Shown here: positions 46,366-55,746 of the stretch, piece by piece | Layout: each line of letters starts with the position of its first letter | Numbering within the stretch: the stretch's first letter is position 1 | DNA from: a virus | Lineage: Duplodnaviria; Heunggongvirae; Uroviricota; Caudoviricetes | IMG/VR virus record: IMGVR_UViG_3300031134_000466 | Strand: one strand, 5' to 3' | DNA: 64,000 bases | Notes under the pieces: generated by a model | What the model was told of the DNA's origin: nothing | Seen by the model: the letters and a program-made list of their open reading frames with translations, nothing else | The model's database searches: none | Made by a program: the position numbers and the translations under genes

Positions 46366-47154
46366 ATGATGACTACAAACAGTTTCCAGAAAAAAGCCAT
46401 TCGTGAACGAATGAAGCACACTGGTGAACCGTACCTCGAAGCTTCCCGCCAGCTTTATGGAACCTCTGACAAGTTTCCTACTCCATGGTCTGAACTCAAT
46501 AAAGTTTTGGACGGTGGACTAAGAAAAGGTTCAGTTACTCTTCTTGGCTCTGGACCAGGAGGAGGTGCCACAAGCACAGCTATCAGCATCGCAGAAGGTG
46601 CTAAAAATAAGAGAGCTTTGTATGTTTCCTCGGAAATCTATGGACAAGAATTTCGCACTTTGGACAGTAAGCGGGATGATGATTCTTCTGACCTTATTTT
46701 CATCTACATCGGGCGAGAACAGTTTGGTAACTTAGTCGGCTCTTTGAAAGGGATGGTGTCATCAGTACATGACATCAAAGATGAACCTGATGTCGAGCTT
46801 ATTGTTATTGACTCTTTCGACTTTCTGACTCCTGAACTGCCTACGGTCCAAGAAGCAGCTGCTATGTCTGCTCAAATTAAGAAAATGGCTATCGAGCTTA
46901 ACCTTCCAGTAGTTCTTCTTACTCATTTGAGTACACAATCTGCACACGAAAAAAACCACTTCAGACATTCTTCTGATTTGGTCCAAGACTCTGATGTAAT
47001 ACTCACCTCTCATGTTGAAGGAGAGGGTGTCAACTTAGTTGTTCGCAAAAACAGATTCGGGGACTACGGTCAAAAGATTGCTTTAGATTGGGACAAAAAG
47101 AACTGCTTAATGACATCGAAAAAGTCTACTAATAACTCCTCAGAAACCAACTGA
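46366..47154 (+). CDS. DnaB-helicase C-terminal-domain-like (RecA-fold) protein with degenerate Walker A
   Basis: LNKVLDGGLRKGSVTLLGSGPGGGATS (Walker A without Lys), Walker B ELIVIDSFDFL, LPVVLLTHLS, and DnaB hallmark VVRKNRFGDYGQKIALDWD; no N-terminal DnaB domain. Confidence 0.55.
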   Translation: MMTTNSFQKKAIRERMKHTGEPYLEASRQLYGTSDKFPTPWSELNKVLDGGLRKGSVTLLGSGPGGGATSTAISIAEGAKNKRALYVSSEIYGQEFRTLDSKRDDDSSDLIFIYIGREQFGNLVGSLKGMVSSVHDIKDEPDVELIVIDSFDFLTPELPTVQEAAAMSAQIKKMAIELNLPVVLLTHLSTQSAHEKNHFRHSSDLVQDSDVILTSHVEGEGVNLVVRKNRFGDYGQKIALDWDKKNCLMTSKKSTNNSSETN

Positions 47155-47248
47155 CGTTAGATATAGTAGTGCAGGTAAAACTGTGTTATCTAACTCCTTT
47201 ATTGCGCCGCCTTCTCACTGAGGCGGCGCAATTGGTTAAATTGCCGAC

Positions 47249-47668
47249 ATGAAGAAAACAAGCTATAATCATTGCATGCTCCCTGAAGGTATAATCACCC
47301 ATCGTAAGATCATTCAACTGCAATTTACTGATATTGCAGGCGATAATTACAGTATTGCTCAAATGGATGACAGCAATGCAGCTGTTGGACATTGCGAAGA
47401 TGTTTCCAGAACCATTCTCAACTCAGGTCTTCTTGAAAATGCTGAGTTAGTAAGTGTCGAAGCTCTCACAGGGAGTGAAGTCTGGTGGCATGTAGCGGTA
47501 GGTATCACTGATCCTGTTTCAGAAGAGCTCACAGTGTACGACTACACTGCACGTCAATTCAGTGCTAATTTGCCTTTCCCTTTAATTCAGCATTATGACA
47601 CATGGGTAAACACCATTGAAACACACGCTAAGAAAGGAACGCTGGCTTTCAGCGAACTCGTATGGTAA
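47249..47668 (+). CDS. Hypothetical protein
   Basis: ORF only. Confidence 0.4.
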   Translation: MKKTSYNHCMLPEGIITHRKIIQLQFTDIAGDNYSIAQMDDSNAAVGHCEDVSRTILNSGLLENAELVSVEALTGSEVWWHVAVGITDPVSEELTVYDYTARQFSANLPFPLIQHYDTWVNTIETHAKKGTLAFSELVW

Positions 47669-48114
47669 ACATGACCCCAACACTTGACTTGAAAGAAAGT
47701 TTCACAGTCCAACGCTTCTACTCTGAGCTGAAAAGGCTAATCAGTTCTTTGGAAGCTGGCACACCAGTTACTGATGACGAGCGTATTTGGCTTATCGTGT
47801 TGAATGCAGGACTTGATAACTTCCAAGGCAGTTTCTATGCAGCAGAAGAACCTCAGCCAGACACTGTAGAAAACTGGTTACTTTTTGCGAACAACATTCA
47901 GATTAGCTTGTACGCATTATCCGATGAACAAGGATGGTTCTTCTTTAGAACAGGAACTCCAGGTGCAACGGTAAAAGAACTGCTCAAGTCTGAAGTGTCA
48001 TCCAACCTTCTTTCATCTACTGATTGGGATGCTTTGGTGTCCCAGCTGGAGAATGATGAGAGTAACGAAATGTTTATCGATGGCGAAGTGTACGTTTGTA
48101 ACGTGCGGTTCTAA
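47662..48114 (+). CDS. Hypothetical protein
   Basis: ORF; 7-nt overlap with upstream ORF. Confidence 0.4.
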   Translation: MVNMTPTLDLKESFTVQRFYSELKRLISSLEAGTPVTDDERIWLIVLNAGLDNFQGSFYAAEEPQPDTVENWLLFANNIQISLYALSDEQGWFFFRTGTPGATVKELLKSEVSSNLLSSTDWDALVSQLENDESNEMFIDGEVYVCNVRF

Positions 48115-48133
48115 GAATCCGATATAGGTCGAC

Positions 48134-48655
48134 ATGAATAAACTTGTAGTTGCCTGTGATGGTTCATGCCTAAAAAATCCAGGCGGCGCAATTGGATGGT
48201 CCTGGGCGGACAGCAAAGGACGCTGGCAAGCAAACGGTTTACCCACCGGGACAAACCAGGTAGCTGAACTTATTGGGTTATTGTCTGTCCTTTACGCTTT
48301 TCCTAATACAGACCTTCACATCAAAATTGACTCACGTTACGCTATGGACATCTCAACCAAATGGATGTTTACCTGGAAGAAGAATGGTTGGTGGCGTGAC
48401 ACTCAGCAGACAAAAGCAGTTAGCAACCTCACCCACGTGAAAGCTCTTTATGAAGCTCTTCGAATTAGAAAAAAGAAGAACCTTGTAACAACATTCGAAT
48501 GGGTGAAAGGCCATGCTTCTGACACTTTGAACAACAAAGCCGACAAAGAAGCTCAAGCAGCTGCCAGGCGAGTCAAAGCCGGCAAACTAGCGTATGCTGA
48601 CTCAGCAAAGAACACAACTTCTGAACGACAAACAAGAATGTTAGAAACCCTGTGA
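48134..48655 (+). CDS. rnhA: Ribonuclease HI
   Basis: DEDD catalytic set in RNase H order: VACDGSC..NPG.GG, NQVAEL, IKIDSRY, KGHASDTLNNKADKEA. Confidence 0.85.
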   Translation: MNKLVVACDGSCLKNPGGAIGWSWADSKGRWQANGLPTGTNQVAELIGLLSVLYAFPNTDLHIKIDSRYAMDISTKWMFTWKKNGWWRDTQQTKAVSNLTHVKALYEALRIRKKKNLVTTFEWVKGHASDTLNNKADKEAQAAARRVKAGKLAYADSAKNTTSERQTRMLETL

Positions 48656-49461
48656 CTCTCACTATTGCTTCATACAACATCCAAGTGCCTGCCGCTAAAG
48701 CTGAATTCCATGGCTGGGAGGGGAGGAAAGAAGAACTGTTGGCAACGTTGCCAACTTTAGGTGATCTGTTTGGTTTACAAGAAGTTTCATACGTAGATAC
48801 TCAAGGGTCAGAGGTTTCAACCCAGCTACGTAACAACGGATTTGATGGTTATGAACCTTCACATAACGACTTTAGCGAATATGATGACGAATTCCATCAG
48901 AGAAATCCTATCTTCTGGAAAGCTGACAAATTTGAACTCAAACAAAGCCATGTAAGGCTACTCACTACAGGAACTGTCGAAGAGCAGCAAGAGCTTCCCA
49001 ATATTGAAAACAGATACAGCACTCACGTATTGCTGGAGCATGTTTCAGGTGATTTGATCCATTTCTTCAACCTTCACCAGCAGCATGTTCCCATTGAACT
49101 AACAGATGAAGAACTCATTGCCAAATATGCAGCGGTGCAGGTAAAAGGTCTGATAGCTTTGCACGAATTTGCTCAGGAAGTCAACCCAGAAAATAATCCT
49201 GCAATCATTGTTGGAGATTTCAACTCTGTTTCCCCAACTGTCATGGGGTTCACCTGTGCCAAGAAAGCCGCTAACGAAAACGTGAATGGCCAGTACAACA
49301 GCTACCACGGCTATGTAGAAGAAACGGCTGCTAACGGTGACTACATAATTGACCATATACTGTCAAATTTCCCAGCTGGTGACATTCTTCGCACTGAGAC
49401 TTTGATAGAAGACAAAGGCAGCGACCATTACCCTCTGCAAGCATCATTCAAACACTGCTGA
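48652..49461 (+). CDS. Endonuclease/exonuclease/phosphatase (EEP) family protein
   Basis: TIASYNIQ N-terminus, GDFNS, SDHYPL motifs; 4-nt overlap with rnhA. Confidence 0.7.
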   Translation: MTLTIASYNIQVPAAKAEFHGWEGRKEELLATLPTLGDLFGLQEVSYVDTQGSEVSTQLRNNGFDGYEPSHNDFSEYDDEFHQRNPIFWKADKFELKQSHVRLLTTGTVEEQQELPNIENRYSTHVLLEHVSGDLIHFFNLHQQHVPIELTDEELIAKYAAVQVKGLIALHEFAQEVNPENNPAIIVGDFNSVSPTVMGFTCAKKAANENVNGQYNSYHGYVEETAANGDYIIDHILSNFPAGDILRTETLIEDKGSDHYPLQASFKHC

Positions 49462-49519
49462 CGATAGTAAAAAATAGACTTCCGGTAGACTTGAACTCTG
49501 CCTAACCAGATTTGGAACC

Positions 49520-50176
49520 ATGAGAATAGTAGTAGCTGATTGTTCAGTCATTTACACAGGAAGAGGAGACACCCGTCTTCCCCGAGCAGTCCGAGCGATC
49601 ATTGTCAAAGATGATGGTTCAATCTCAGTGCATAACGACAAAAGTAACAAACCTTTGAACTATATGGGTAAAGGTAACGAGCTTTCAGAAGTTGAGCTGG
49701 AAGATTGTAAACTATGGTTCTTTGACACAAGGCAAGAAAGTCTCCGCATTACTTTACATGAAGTTATTTCTGACACTGATTTCCTCCTTGATCGAAACGA
49801 TGAAGGACTGATCCGTGACGGCACAGAGAAGCAGCTGCAGGCTTGGTTAGCAGAGAACCCAGAAGCATTAGGTGAAGGCTATACTTTCGTTCAAAGAGAA
49901 TATCAGACAGGTGCAGGAGCTGTTGATTTGTTAGTCACTGACCCTGAAGGTAACCCTGTGGCGGTAGAAGTGAAACGAGTGGCCATGATTAACAGTGTGA
50001 GCCAGACACAACGTTATGTTGAGTCGATGAAAGAGGACCCTGAGTTTGCCAATACCACTGGCATTATCGCCGCTTTAGACATTCGACCTAACACTGTGAA
50101 GTTAGCGGACAAAAAGAAAATCCGCTGTGTCACTTTACCAACATGGTGGCGTGACCCAGCGGATACTTCAATGTAA
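49520..50176 (+). CDS. NucS/EndoMS-like PD-(D/E)xK nuclease
   Basis: N-terminal beta-rich region then GAVDLLVTDPEGNPVAVEVKR (D...EVK) C-terminal RecB-like core. Confidence 0.5.
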   Translation: MRIVVADCSVIYTGRGDTRLPRAVRAIIVKDDGSISVHNDKSNKPLNYMGKGNELSEVELEDCKLWFFDTRQESLRITLHEVISDTDFLLDRNDEGLIRDGTEKQLQAWLAENPEALGEGYTFVQREYQTGAGAVDLLVTDPEGNPVAVEVKRVAMINSVSQTQRYVESMKEDPEFANTTGIIAALDIRPNTVKLADKKKIRCVTLPTWWRDPADTSM

Positions 50177-50177
50177 T

Positions 50178-50666
50178 TCAGCCGTCAAACTTTTCGACAT
50201 CTTGAGGTGCTACACGGTAAGCGTATTCTGTTTTTGCTGACAGGTAGTACACGTACAGCTTGTCAGTTTTGTCAGTACTGGTTTCCAGAATGTAATTACG
50301 TTTTGCATCTTCATCCAAGAACCCGTTCTGATTGTGAAGCATCTCAAGCGATTCTTCTTTTGTAAGGCCAAGATAAGAGTAGTTCTTGTCAAACCATTTC
50401 AAATAGCTTTTTTCTGAAATAGCTACTTTCTGTTGGGGCTGGAAGAATGAAATGTGCCAGAAGCTGAAACCGGCAGCTCCTACAAGAAGGAGAGTGAATA
50501 GCCAGGTCAGGATAACAGGAAGTTGCCTGATGGCAGGGATAATCATGCCCAGGATGAGTAACCCTGCTGGGATGAGGAGGAACCAGAAGTTGAAGTTCTC
50601 ATACCCAGATAGATCATGAGGAGGCAACCAACCAGTGAGGTCTTCCAGTGTGATGTCGTTGGGCAT
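50178..50666 (-). CDS. Membrane protein (3 TM), unknown
   Basis: Hydrophobic helices in N-terminal half. Confidence 0.45.
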   Translation of the reverse strand: MPNDITLEDLTGWLPPHDLSGYENFNFWFLLIPAGLLILGMIIPAIRQLPVILTWLFTLLLVGAAGFSFWHISFFQPQQKVAISEKSYLKWFDKNYSYLGLTKEESLEMLHNQNGFLDEDAKRNYILETSTDKTDKLYVYYLSAKTEYAYRVAPQDVEKFDG

Positions 50667-50800
50667 GATTCTAATGTTCCTTAATCGTTGTCAGCTTTAT
50701 GAGCGGTCAAAGAATTCTATCATCAACGGCTAAAGCACATAGTATTTGACAGCTGGCTGGGTTTCATGGTAAGTTGGAGTATCTTAAGTTAGGAAACAAA

Positions 50801-51706
50801 ATGTCACAGATAATGCGGATTCACCGTGGAGTGCAAGGCTCTGGTAAATCCACAGAAGCCATCCGTTGGGTGAACCAGGACCCGTTAAACCGTGCCCGTG
50901 TGAACCGTGATGACATTCGTCTCAGCCAGTTCGGCTCCTACGAGCTTCCTCAGGAACTCGAAGTTGCTGTTACCAAAGTAGAGCATGCCATCATCACCGC
51001 ACTTCTTGCTGCACGCAAAAGTGTTGTTGTTGACAATGTGAACCTGAAAGCCAAGTACGTTAAAGAGTACCTGCTTATTGCGGAGAAAGCCAACGTACCT
51101 GTTGTGCATCAGGACTTCCCTGTGGAGTTGGAGACAGCTCTTGCTCGTAACGCTGCTCGTGACCGTAAAGTCCCTGCACATGTGATTGAGACAACATTCA
51201 AGCGTTACATTCAGAGTGGCAAGTTCCCTCCGTTCCCCGTACTTGACTACGAAGCCGCTGCAGCAGGAATCTATGTTCCTGATGAGACTCTGCCTAAAGC
51301 TATCCTTTTGGATGTTGACGGCACAGCCATGAAGATGGGTTCACATCGTGGACCGTTTGACTGGCACAAAGTCATTGATGACGAGCCTAACCCGCCTGTT
51401 GTTGAAACAGTAAAAGCTTTGCATGCTCAGGGCTACAAAGTTGTTGTCATGTCTGGTCGTGATGAAGTCTGCAAAACAGACACGTTACTTTCTCTGGAAG
51501 TAGCTGGTGTTCCTGTGGATGAAATCTACATGAGACCCCACAACGATTACCGTAAAGACAACATCATCAAGCGTGAACTTTTTGATGCTCACATTCGGGA
51601 GCGTTTCAACATCCTGTTAGCTTTGGATGACCGGAACCAGGTTGTGGACGCTTACCGTCGTGAGCTGGGTCTTCCTGTCTTTCAGGTTGACTACGGAGAC
51701 TTCTAA
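50801..51706 (+). CDS. Polynucleotide 5'-kinase/3'-phosphatase (T4 Pnkp architecture)
   Basis: N-terminal P-loop GVQGSGKST and kinase core, C-terminal HAD phosphatase LLDVDGT ... MSGRDE ... LDDRNQ; ATG 50801 with AGGAAA RBS. Confidence 0.8.
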   Translation: MSQIMRIHRGVQGSGKSTEAIRWVNQDPLNRARVNRDDIRLSQFGSYELPQELEVAVTKVEHAIITALLAARKSVVVDNVNLKAKYVKEYLLIAEKANVPVVHQDFPVELETALARNAARDRKVPAHVIETTFKRYIQSGKFPPFPVLDYEAAAAGIYVPDETLPKAILLDVDGTAMKMGSHRGPFDWHKVIDDEPNPPVVETVKALHAQGYKVVVMSGRDEVCKTDTLLSLEVAGVPVDEIYMRPHNDYRKDNIIKRELFDAHIRERFNILLALDDRNQVVDAYRRELGLPVFQVDYGDF

Positions 51707-51717
51707 GTCAGCATGAG

Positions 51718-51752
51718 TAAAGCCCCGAATCGTAACTTGATTCGGGGCTTTA
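51718..51752. terminator. 14-bp stem-loop between convergent genes
   Basis: taaagccccgaatc ... gattcggggcttta. Confidence 0.5.
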
Positions 51753-51757
51753 CCTGT

Positions 51758-52729
51758 TTAAATTTCTCGCAGCTGCACAATTGTCAGTTCAGTTGCTTCA
51801 CCTTTTTTATTGACCCTTTTGACTTTCACATCATTAGCAACAACTTCGAATTTTGCACCACGAGGAATGATGAACTCATACTCTCTTGGACCTTGCGATG
51901 AAATAGCTGTGATTGGGGCTCCACTTTTTGTAAGAATCTGTAAAGAAACATTGATGTTGTCTTTGGAAGGTAAATCTTGAGGATTCAAACTTGTCGATAA
52001 GAAGAATTTAGGTTCGTAAGTGCTACCAACAGGGAAATGTTTGTCGAGGTTTTGAGCGTCATCACTTGAATGATATCCTTTTTCATCATAAAGATGATGA
52101 CGGCGGTAAACCATCACGCCTTCTTCTGCTGGTTCGTGTTTAGCAAAAGCATCATCCAGGATAGTTACAGCTGCATCCAACGTTTCAGGTGCAACATTTT
52201 TTGCGTACGGATTTGTTGAAGCTGAAAGATGGCCGTTGATGTCAGCATAGCCATCTTCTGAATACCAGCGAAGAGTAGCTATTTCAGTATCATCCAGTTT
52301 GGCACTCCAGTTTTGGGAATCTGCCATGCTGTTCAACAGGTCAGCATGTTTGTAATGCATCTCTTCAAGAGTGTCACCAGTTTCGAAAAACGTCGGAGAA
52401 GTGTAAGCAGCTTTTTGTGCTTTTTTGTGGGTGATGACTTTACGATCCGCAACAGCAGCTAATCTTCTGGCTCGTTCTTGAGAAAGCGCTTCGTATTCTT
52501 CTGCATGCCATTCCTGCGTTGGATTCTTTTTGATCTGTCTTTCCAAAGACTTTAGATAAGCTGGTGTTAGTTTGTACTCTGCTTCAGCTTTTCTTCTTAC
52601 CGCTATTAGCTTCTCAAGCTCTGGGTCTTTGCGGTTGTCCATGAAAGCACTGAGAACCGCTTGATGAGCTTTAGCGTAGGTGGCTGCAGCATGAGCTGAA
52701 CAACGGGGACCAGGTTTTGGGTAACACAT
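51758..52729 (-). CDS. Mono-ADP-ribosyltransferase (R-S-E class) with N-terminal MCYPKPGPRCSAHA module
   Basis: Arg motif MVYRRH, classic STS motif FLSTSLN, catalytic PREYEFIIPRGAKFEVV (E-x-E); N-terminal 100 aa paralogous to ORF 30500. Confidence 0.7.
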   Translation of the reverse strand: MCYPKPGPRCSAHAAATYAKAHQAVLSAFMDNRKDPELEKLIAVRRKAEAEYKLTPAYLKSLERQIKKNPTQEWHAEEYEALSQERARRLAAVADRKVITHKKAQKAAYTSPTFFETGDTLEEMHYKHADLLNSMADSQNWSAKLDDTEIATLRWYSEDGYADINGHLSASTNPYAKNVAPETLDAAVTILDDAFAKHEPAEEGVMVYRRHHLYDEKGYHSSDDAQNLDKHFPVGSTYEPKFFLSTSLNPQDLPSKDNINVSLQILTKSGAPITAISSQGPREYEFIIPRGAKFEVVANDVKVKRVNKKGEATELTIVQLREI

Positions 52730-52811
52730 GCTCCATTTCTAACAGCTTGACATCCCATCATTTATCCGATACTGTTGTTACTATACGAACCGAATAGCAG
52801 ATTGAGGTTAT

Positions 52812-53015
52812 ATGCCTGGAATGATGGCTTCCAACAAGAACCGTGCCGTGAACAACGTTGACAGCACTATGTTCGATGATGGTTTCTGGCAGCACCGACA
52901 CTTCAAAGGTAAGCGTCGCACTGGAGCTGCAACTGGTGGTCGCGGTTGGCGTCGAGCTCTTCGCAAGAAGGAGAAGCAGAGCGTCAAAAAGGACATCCGT
53001 AACGACGAAATGTGA
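52812..53015 (+). CDS. Small highly basic protein (67 aa)
   Basis: Lys/Arg-rich (GKRRTGAATGGRGWRRALRKKEKQ); followed directly by a terminator hairpin; alternative antisense ORF exists. Confidence 0.3.
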   Translation: MPGMMASNKNRAVNNVDSTMFDDGFWQHRHFKGKRRTGAATGGRGWRRALRKKEKQSVKKDIRNDEM

Positions 53016-53021
53016 ACTGTA

Positions 53022-53065
53022 AATAGGGTCAAAATCCTGATAAACTCAAGGATTTTGACCCTATT
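53022..53065 (+). terminator. 16-bp stem-loop followed by T-tract
   Basis: aatagggtcaaaatcc ... ggattttgaccctatt ttgtt. Confidence 0.5.
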
Positions 53066-53146
53066 TTGTTGCTGGATACCGTGTTCTGTGGTAGACTTGA
53101 GTAACATACAACGCAGCATCACACAGTTCACTGAAAGGGTTCCATT

Positions 53147-54028
53147 ATGACTACAAATTTAGGTTTCAGAGCTGAGGTCTCATACGACGCAGTGAAAGAT
53201 TTGACTCTCATGAGTTCATCATCTTCAGACTTCTCTTCTCCTCTTAACTTTGCCCTCACACGAGGTTCTGACGAGGACAAAGCCGTCAGGGCTCTCCTCG
53301 AAGACCAGGGACGAGTAGAATTCGTCAAGTCAGCGGTTTCTTTGAACAACCTTTCCCAGGTAGGTTCTTTCGGTGTTAGAACAGACGGTAATCCTTCCCG
53401 AGCTGACCTGGGTGTTCACAAGAACCTCACTATCGCAGGTAAAGATGGTTCAGGTGTTCTGAACTTCGTCAGAAACTATCTTCTTTGGGCTTACGCTACA
53501 AACACTCGAATCTATGCTGTGAACGCTCCAGCTGACATGTACGGTGCTGTGAATTACTTGCGTACTGACAAACTGGTTCGTATCGACTCAGGAGATGAGC
53601 CGAACATTGATTCCATCTGGAGTCAGTACGATGCTGATGTTGCTGCTGGTCGTCCTGTGCTTGTGTTGGTGAACAGCATTGGTGATATCGAAGACCAGGA
53701 TGAGGTGGTTGCAAGTTTCCTTGCCCATGTTGACACACGCAAGTTCGAAGTTTACGCTCTTTCTTTCTCAACATTCCAGGAAGAGCTTCCAGAAGACACT
53801 CATTACGAGAACTTCTTCTGGCGAGTTGGTGTTGACGCTGAGCACACTACAGGTTTCATTGGTGACACTCTTCCTGAGATTGCATCTTACATGATGAAAG
53901 AACATGTAGGAATTCCTCATGAGAACCCTCGTGGCGTGCTGTGGTTAAACAGAAATGCTGAGCGTTACGAACGAGTTATCACCTATGTGGTGCCTCGTCG
54001 TTTCTGGGAAGACAGCCTGAACTTCTGA
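53147..54028 (+). CDS. Hypothetical protein
   Basis: ORF only. Confidence 0.5.
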   Translation: MTTNLGFRAEVSYDAVKDLTLMSSSSSDFSSPLNFALTRGSDEDKAVRALLEDQGRVEFVKSAVSLNNLSQVGSFGVRTDGNPSRADLGVHKNLTIAGKDGSGVLNFVRNYLLWAYATNTRIYAVNAPADMYGAVNYLRTDKLVRIDSGDEPNIDSIWSQYDADVAAGRPVLVLVNSIGDIEDQDEVVASFLAHVDTRKFEVYALSFSTFQEELPEDTHYENFFWRVGVDAEHTTGFIGDTLPEIASYMMKEHVGIPHENPRGVLWLNRNAERYERVITYVVPRRFWEDSLNF

Positions 54029-54037
54029 TTTCAGACA

Positions 54038-54080
54038 ATTGAGGGACCTGTGCTTGTAATTAAAGTGCAGGTCCCTCAAT
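54038..54080 (+). terminator. 13-bp stem-loop followed by T5 (intrinsic terminator)
   Basis: attgagggacctg ... caggtccctcaat tttttg. Confidence 0.55.
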
Positions 54081-54121
54081 TTTTTGTATTCTGCTGTCTG
54101 TTTCTTTGTTAGTAATAGGGC

Positions 54122-55363
54122 ATGTCAACTACAAGAAAACCTCCTTATCATCACAGCGATGGTACAAACTGCTGGACTAAAGATTGTTCGATCAGAGGCC
54201 GTGAAGATACAGAAAAAGCTGCTTTCTTCAAGCAAGTAGAAACAGCTGCTGAGACTGTTGTTCCAACCAATGAATTGCCTCCTCTGTCAGCTTTTCAGAA
54301 AGCCTATGATGATGGTCGCATTGAGTGCAGCCGCCACCCTGAACATCCTTATGTGACTTACAAGTATTCCAGAACAACTCAGTTTGCTTCTGACTGGGAT
54401 GATGTGACCTTAGCGTCTCGTGGTGTCATCTTCAATGAGGAGACAGGCGAGATTGTTGCTCGTCCATTTGCTAAGTTCTTCAACCATAACGAACCGTCAG
54501 TTCCCAGAGACAAATTACATGGCCGTATTAGTGTAACTGACAAGCTGGACGGTTCTTTAGGAATTGGTTATGTTGATGAGAACGGTAAGTTCAACATTGC
54601 AACCTCTGGAAGCTTTATCTCTGAACAGGCAAAACGTTCTACAGAGCTCTATCATGAGCGTTATGAAGGCAACTGGAAGCCAAATCCTAAGTTGACCTAC
54701 ATGTGGGAAATCATCTACCCAGAAAATCGTGTCGTGGTCAACTATGGCGATGAAGATGACTTGCATCTCATCGGTGCTGTCAACAAACGAACTGGTAAAT
54801 CAGTTCCGTTGCGTGACATCAAAGAATGGAAGTGGAAAAGAGCTGAAGAGTACAAAGACTTCTCCTCCTTGGATGCTGTTCTTCACTCTCCTGAAAGAGA
54901 AAACCGTGAAGGTTTCATTGTTCATTACATCGATACTGATACCCGCGTGAAATACAAGCATGCAGATTATCTTGAGCTCCATCGTAACCGTACTGGCGTG
55001 ACTTCCAAAACTATCTGGCGTAAAATGCGTATGGGTGAAGATATGGCAGGTTGGAAAGAGAACATGCCTGAAGAGTTCAGTGAGTTCGTATCCACTCGTC
55101 AAGCTAAAATCACTGCCGGATATAACAAAGAAATTGCCCAAATTACTGATGAGCATGGCACTTTCAAAGCAACTCTTCCTGCTGGTTATGACCGTAAGAC
55201 TTTTGCTACCACTTTGAAAAACTCACCTCTTGTACCAGCCGAAAACAAAGCTTTCGTCATGAACCTTGAGTTCAACGGCAGTGCTGTTGGAAGTGTTGTT
55301 CAATCTCATAAGATTTGGGACCGTGTGAAACCTGAGGACGAGAACACCTTGTGGAACATGTAA
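54122..55363 (+). CDS. ATP-dependent RNA ligase (Rnl family), paralog 2
   Basis: Motif I TDKLDGSLG; collinear with ORF 39328 (SRG..F..E....ARP.AKFFNH.EP, GSF.SEQA, YMWEIIYPENRVVVNYGD, REG.VVH). Confidence 0.7.
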   Translation: MSTTRKPPYHHSDGTNCWTKDCSIRGREDTEKAAFFKQVETAAETVVPTNELPPLSAFQKAYDDGRIECSRHPEHPYVTYKYSRTTQFASDWDDVTLASRGVIFNEETGEIVARPFAKFFNHNEPSVPRDKLHGRISVTDKLDGSLGIGYVDENGKFNIATSGSFISEQAKRSTELYHERYEGNWKPNPKLTYMWEIIYPENRVVVNYGDEDDLHLIGAVNKRTGKSVPLRDIKEWKWKRAEEYKDFSSLDAVLHSPERENREGFIVHYIDTDTRVKYKHADYLELHRNRTGVTSKTIWRKMRMGEDMAGWKENMPEEFSEFVSTRQAKITAGYNKEIAQITDEHGTFKATLPAGYDRKTFATTLKNSPLVPAENKAFVMNLEFNGSAVGSVVQSHKIWDRVKPEDENTLWNM

Positions 55364-55364
55364 T

Positions 55365-55652
55365 TCAAGTAAAGAGGTTCCACAAAAAGTCTCCGACCCC
55401 GAAGATAATAAAGAACAAGTTTATCATTAGAGCAGAAAAGAAAATTTTTTGCGAAACATTGGAGGCTTGACTTTGATTATCAATAAGATTACCAGCTCCA
55501 GCAAATAAGAGGACCAAACCCCACCAAGCCGCTCCCTTAAAAACAAAAATATAAATTACAGCCAGAACAACCAAGATAACATAATAAAACGCGGCAAAAT
55601 AAAGAAGTGCTTGAGTATCTTGTTGTTCTTCATTGGTAGAATTAGTTTTCAC
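55365..55652 (-). CDS. Small membrane protein (2 TM)
   Basis: Two hydrophobic helices. Confidence 0.35.
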   Translation of the reverse strand: MKTNSTNEEQQDTQALLYFAAFYYVILVVLAVIYIFVFKGAAWWGLVLLFAGAGNLIDNQSQASNVSQKIFFSALMINLFFIIFGVGDFLWNLFT

Positions 55653-55746
55653 CTTGGACCTCCTAATTTTAAATCGGCTGATTATTTTACGAATTGTACT
55701 GTAATTATAGTCATTCTGACGATAAAGATGGTATGATTAGGATGTT

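Noticed and set aside
52808-53131. 107-aa minus-strand ORF overlapping the small basic + strand ORF
   Set aside because: The + strand ORF ends exactly at a terminator hairpin and has a plausible basic-protein composition; the minus ORF would read through that hairpin. Both remain low confidence.
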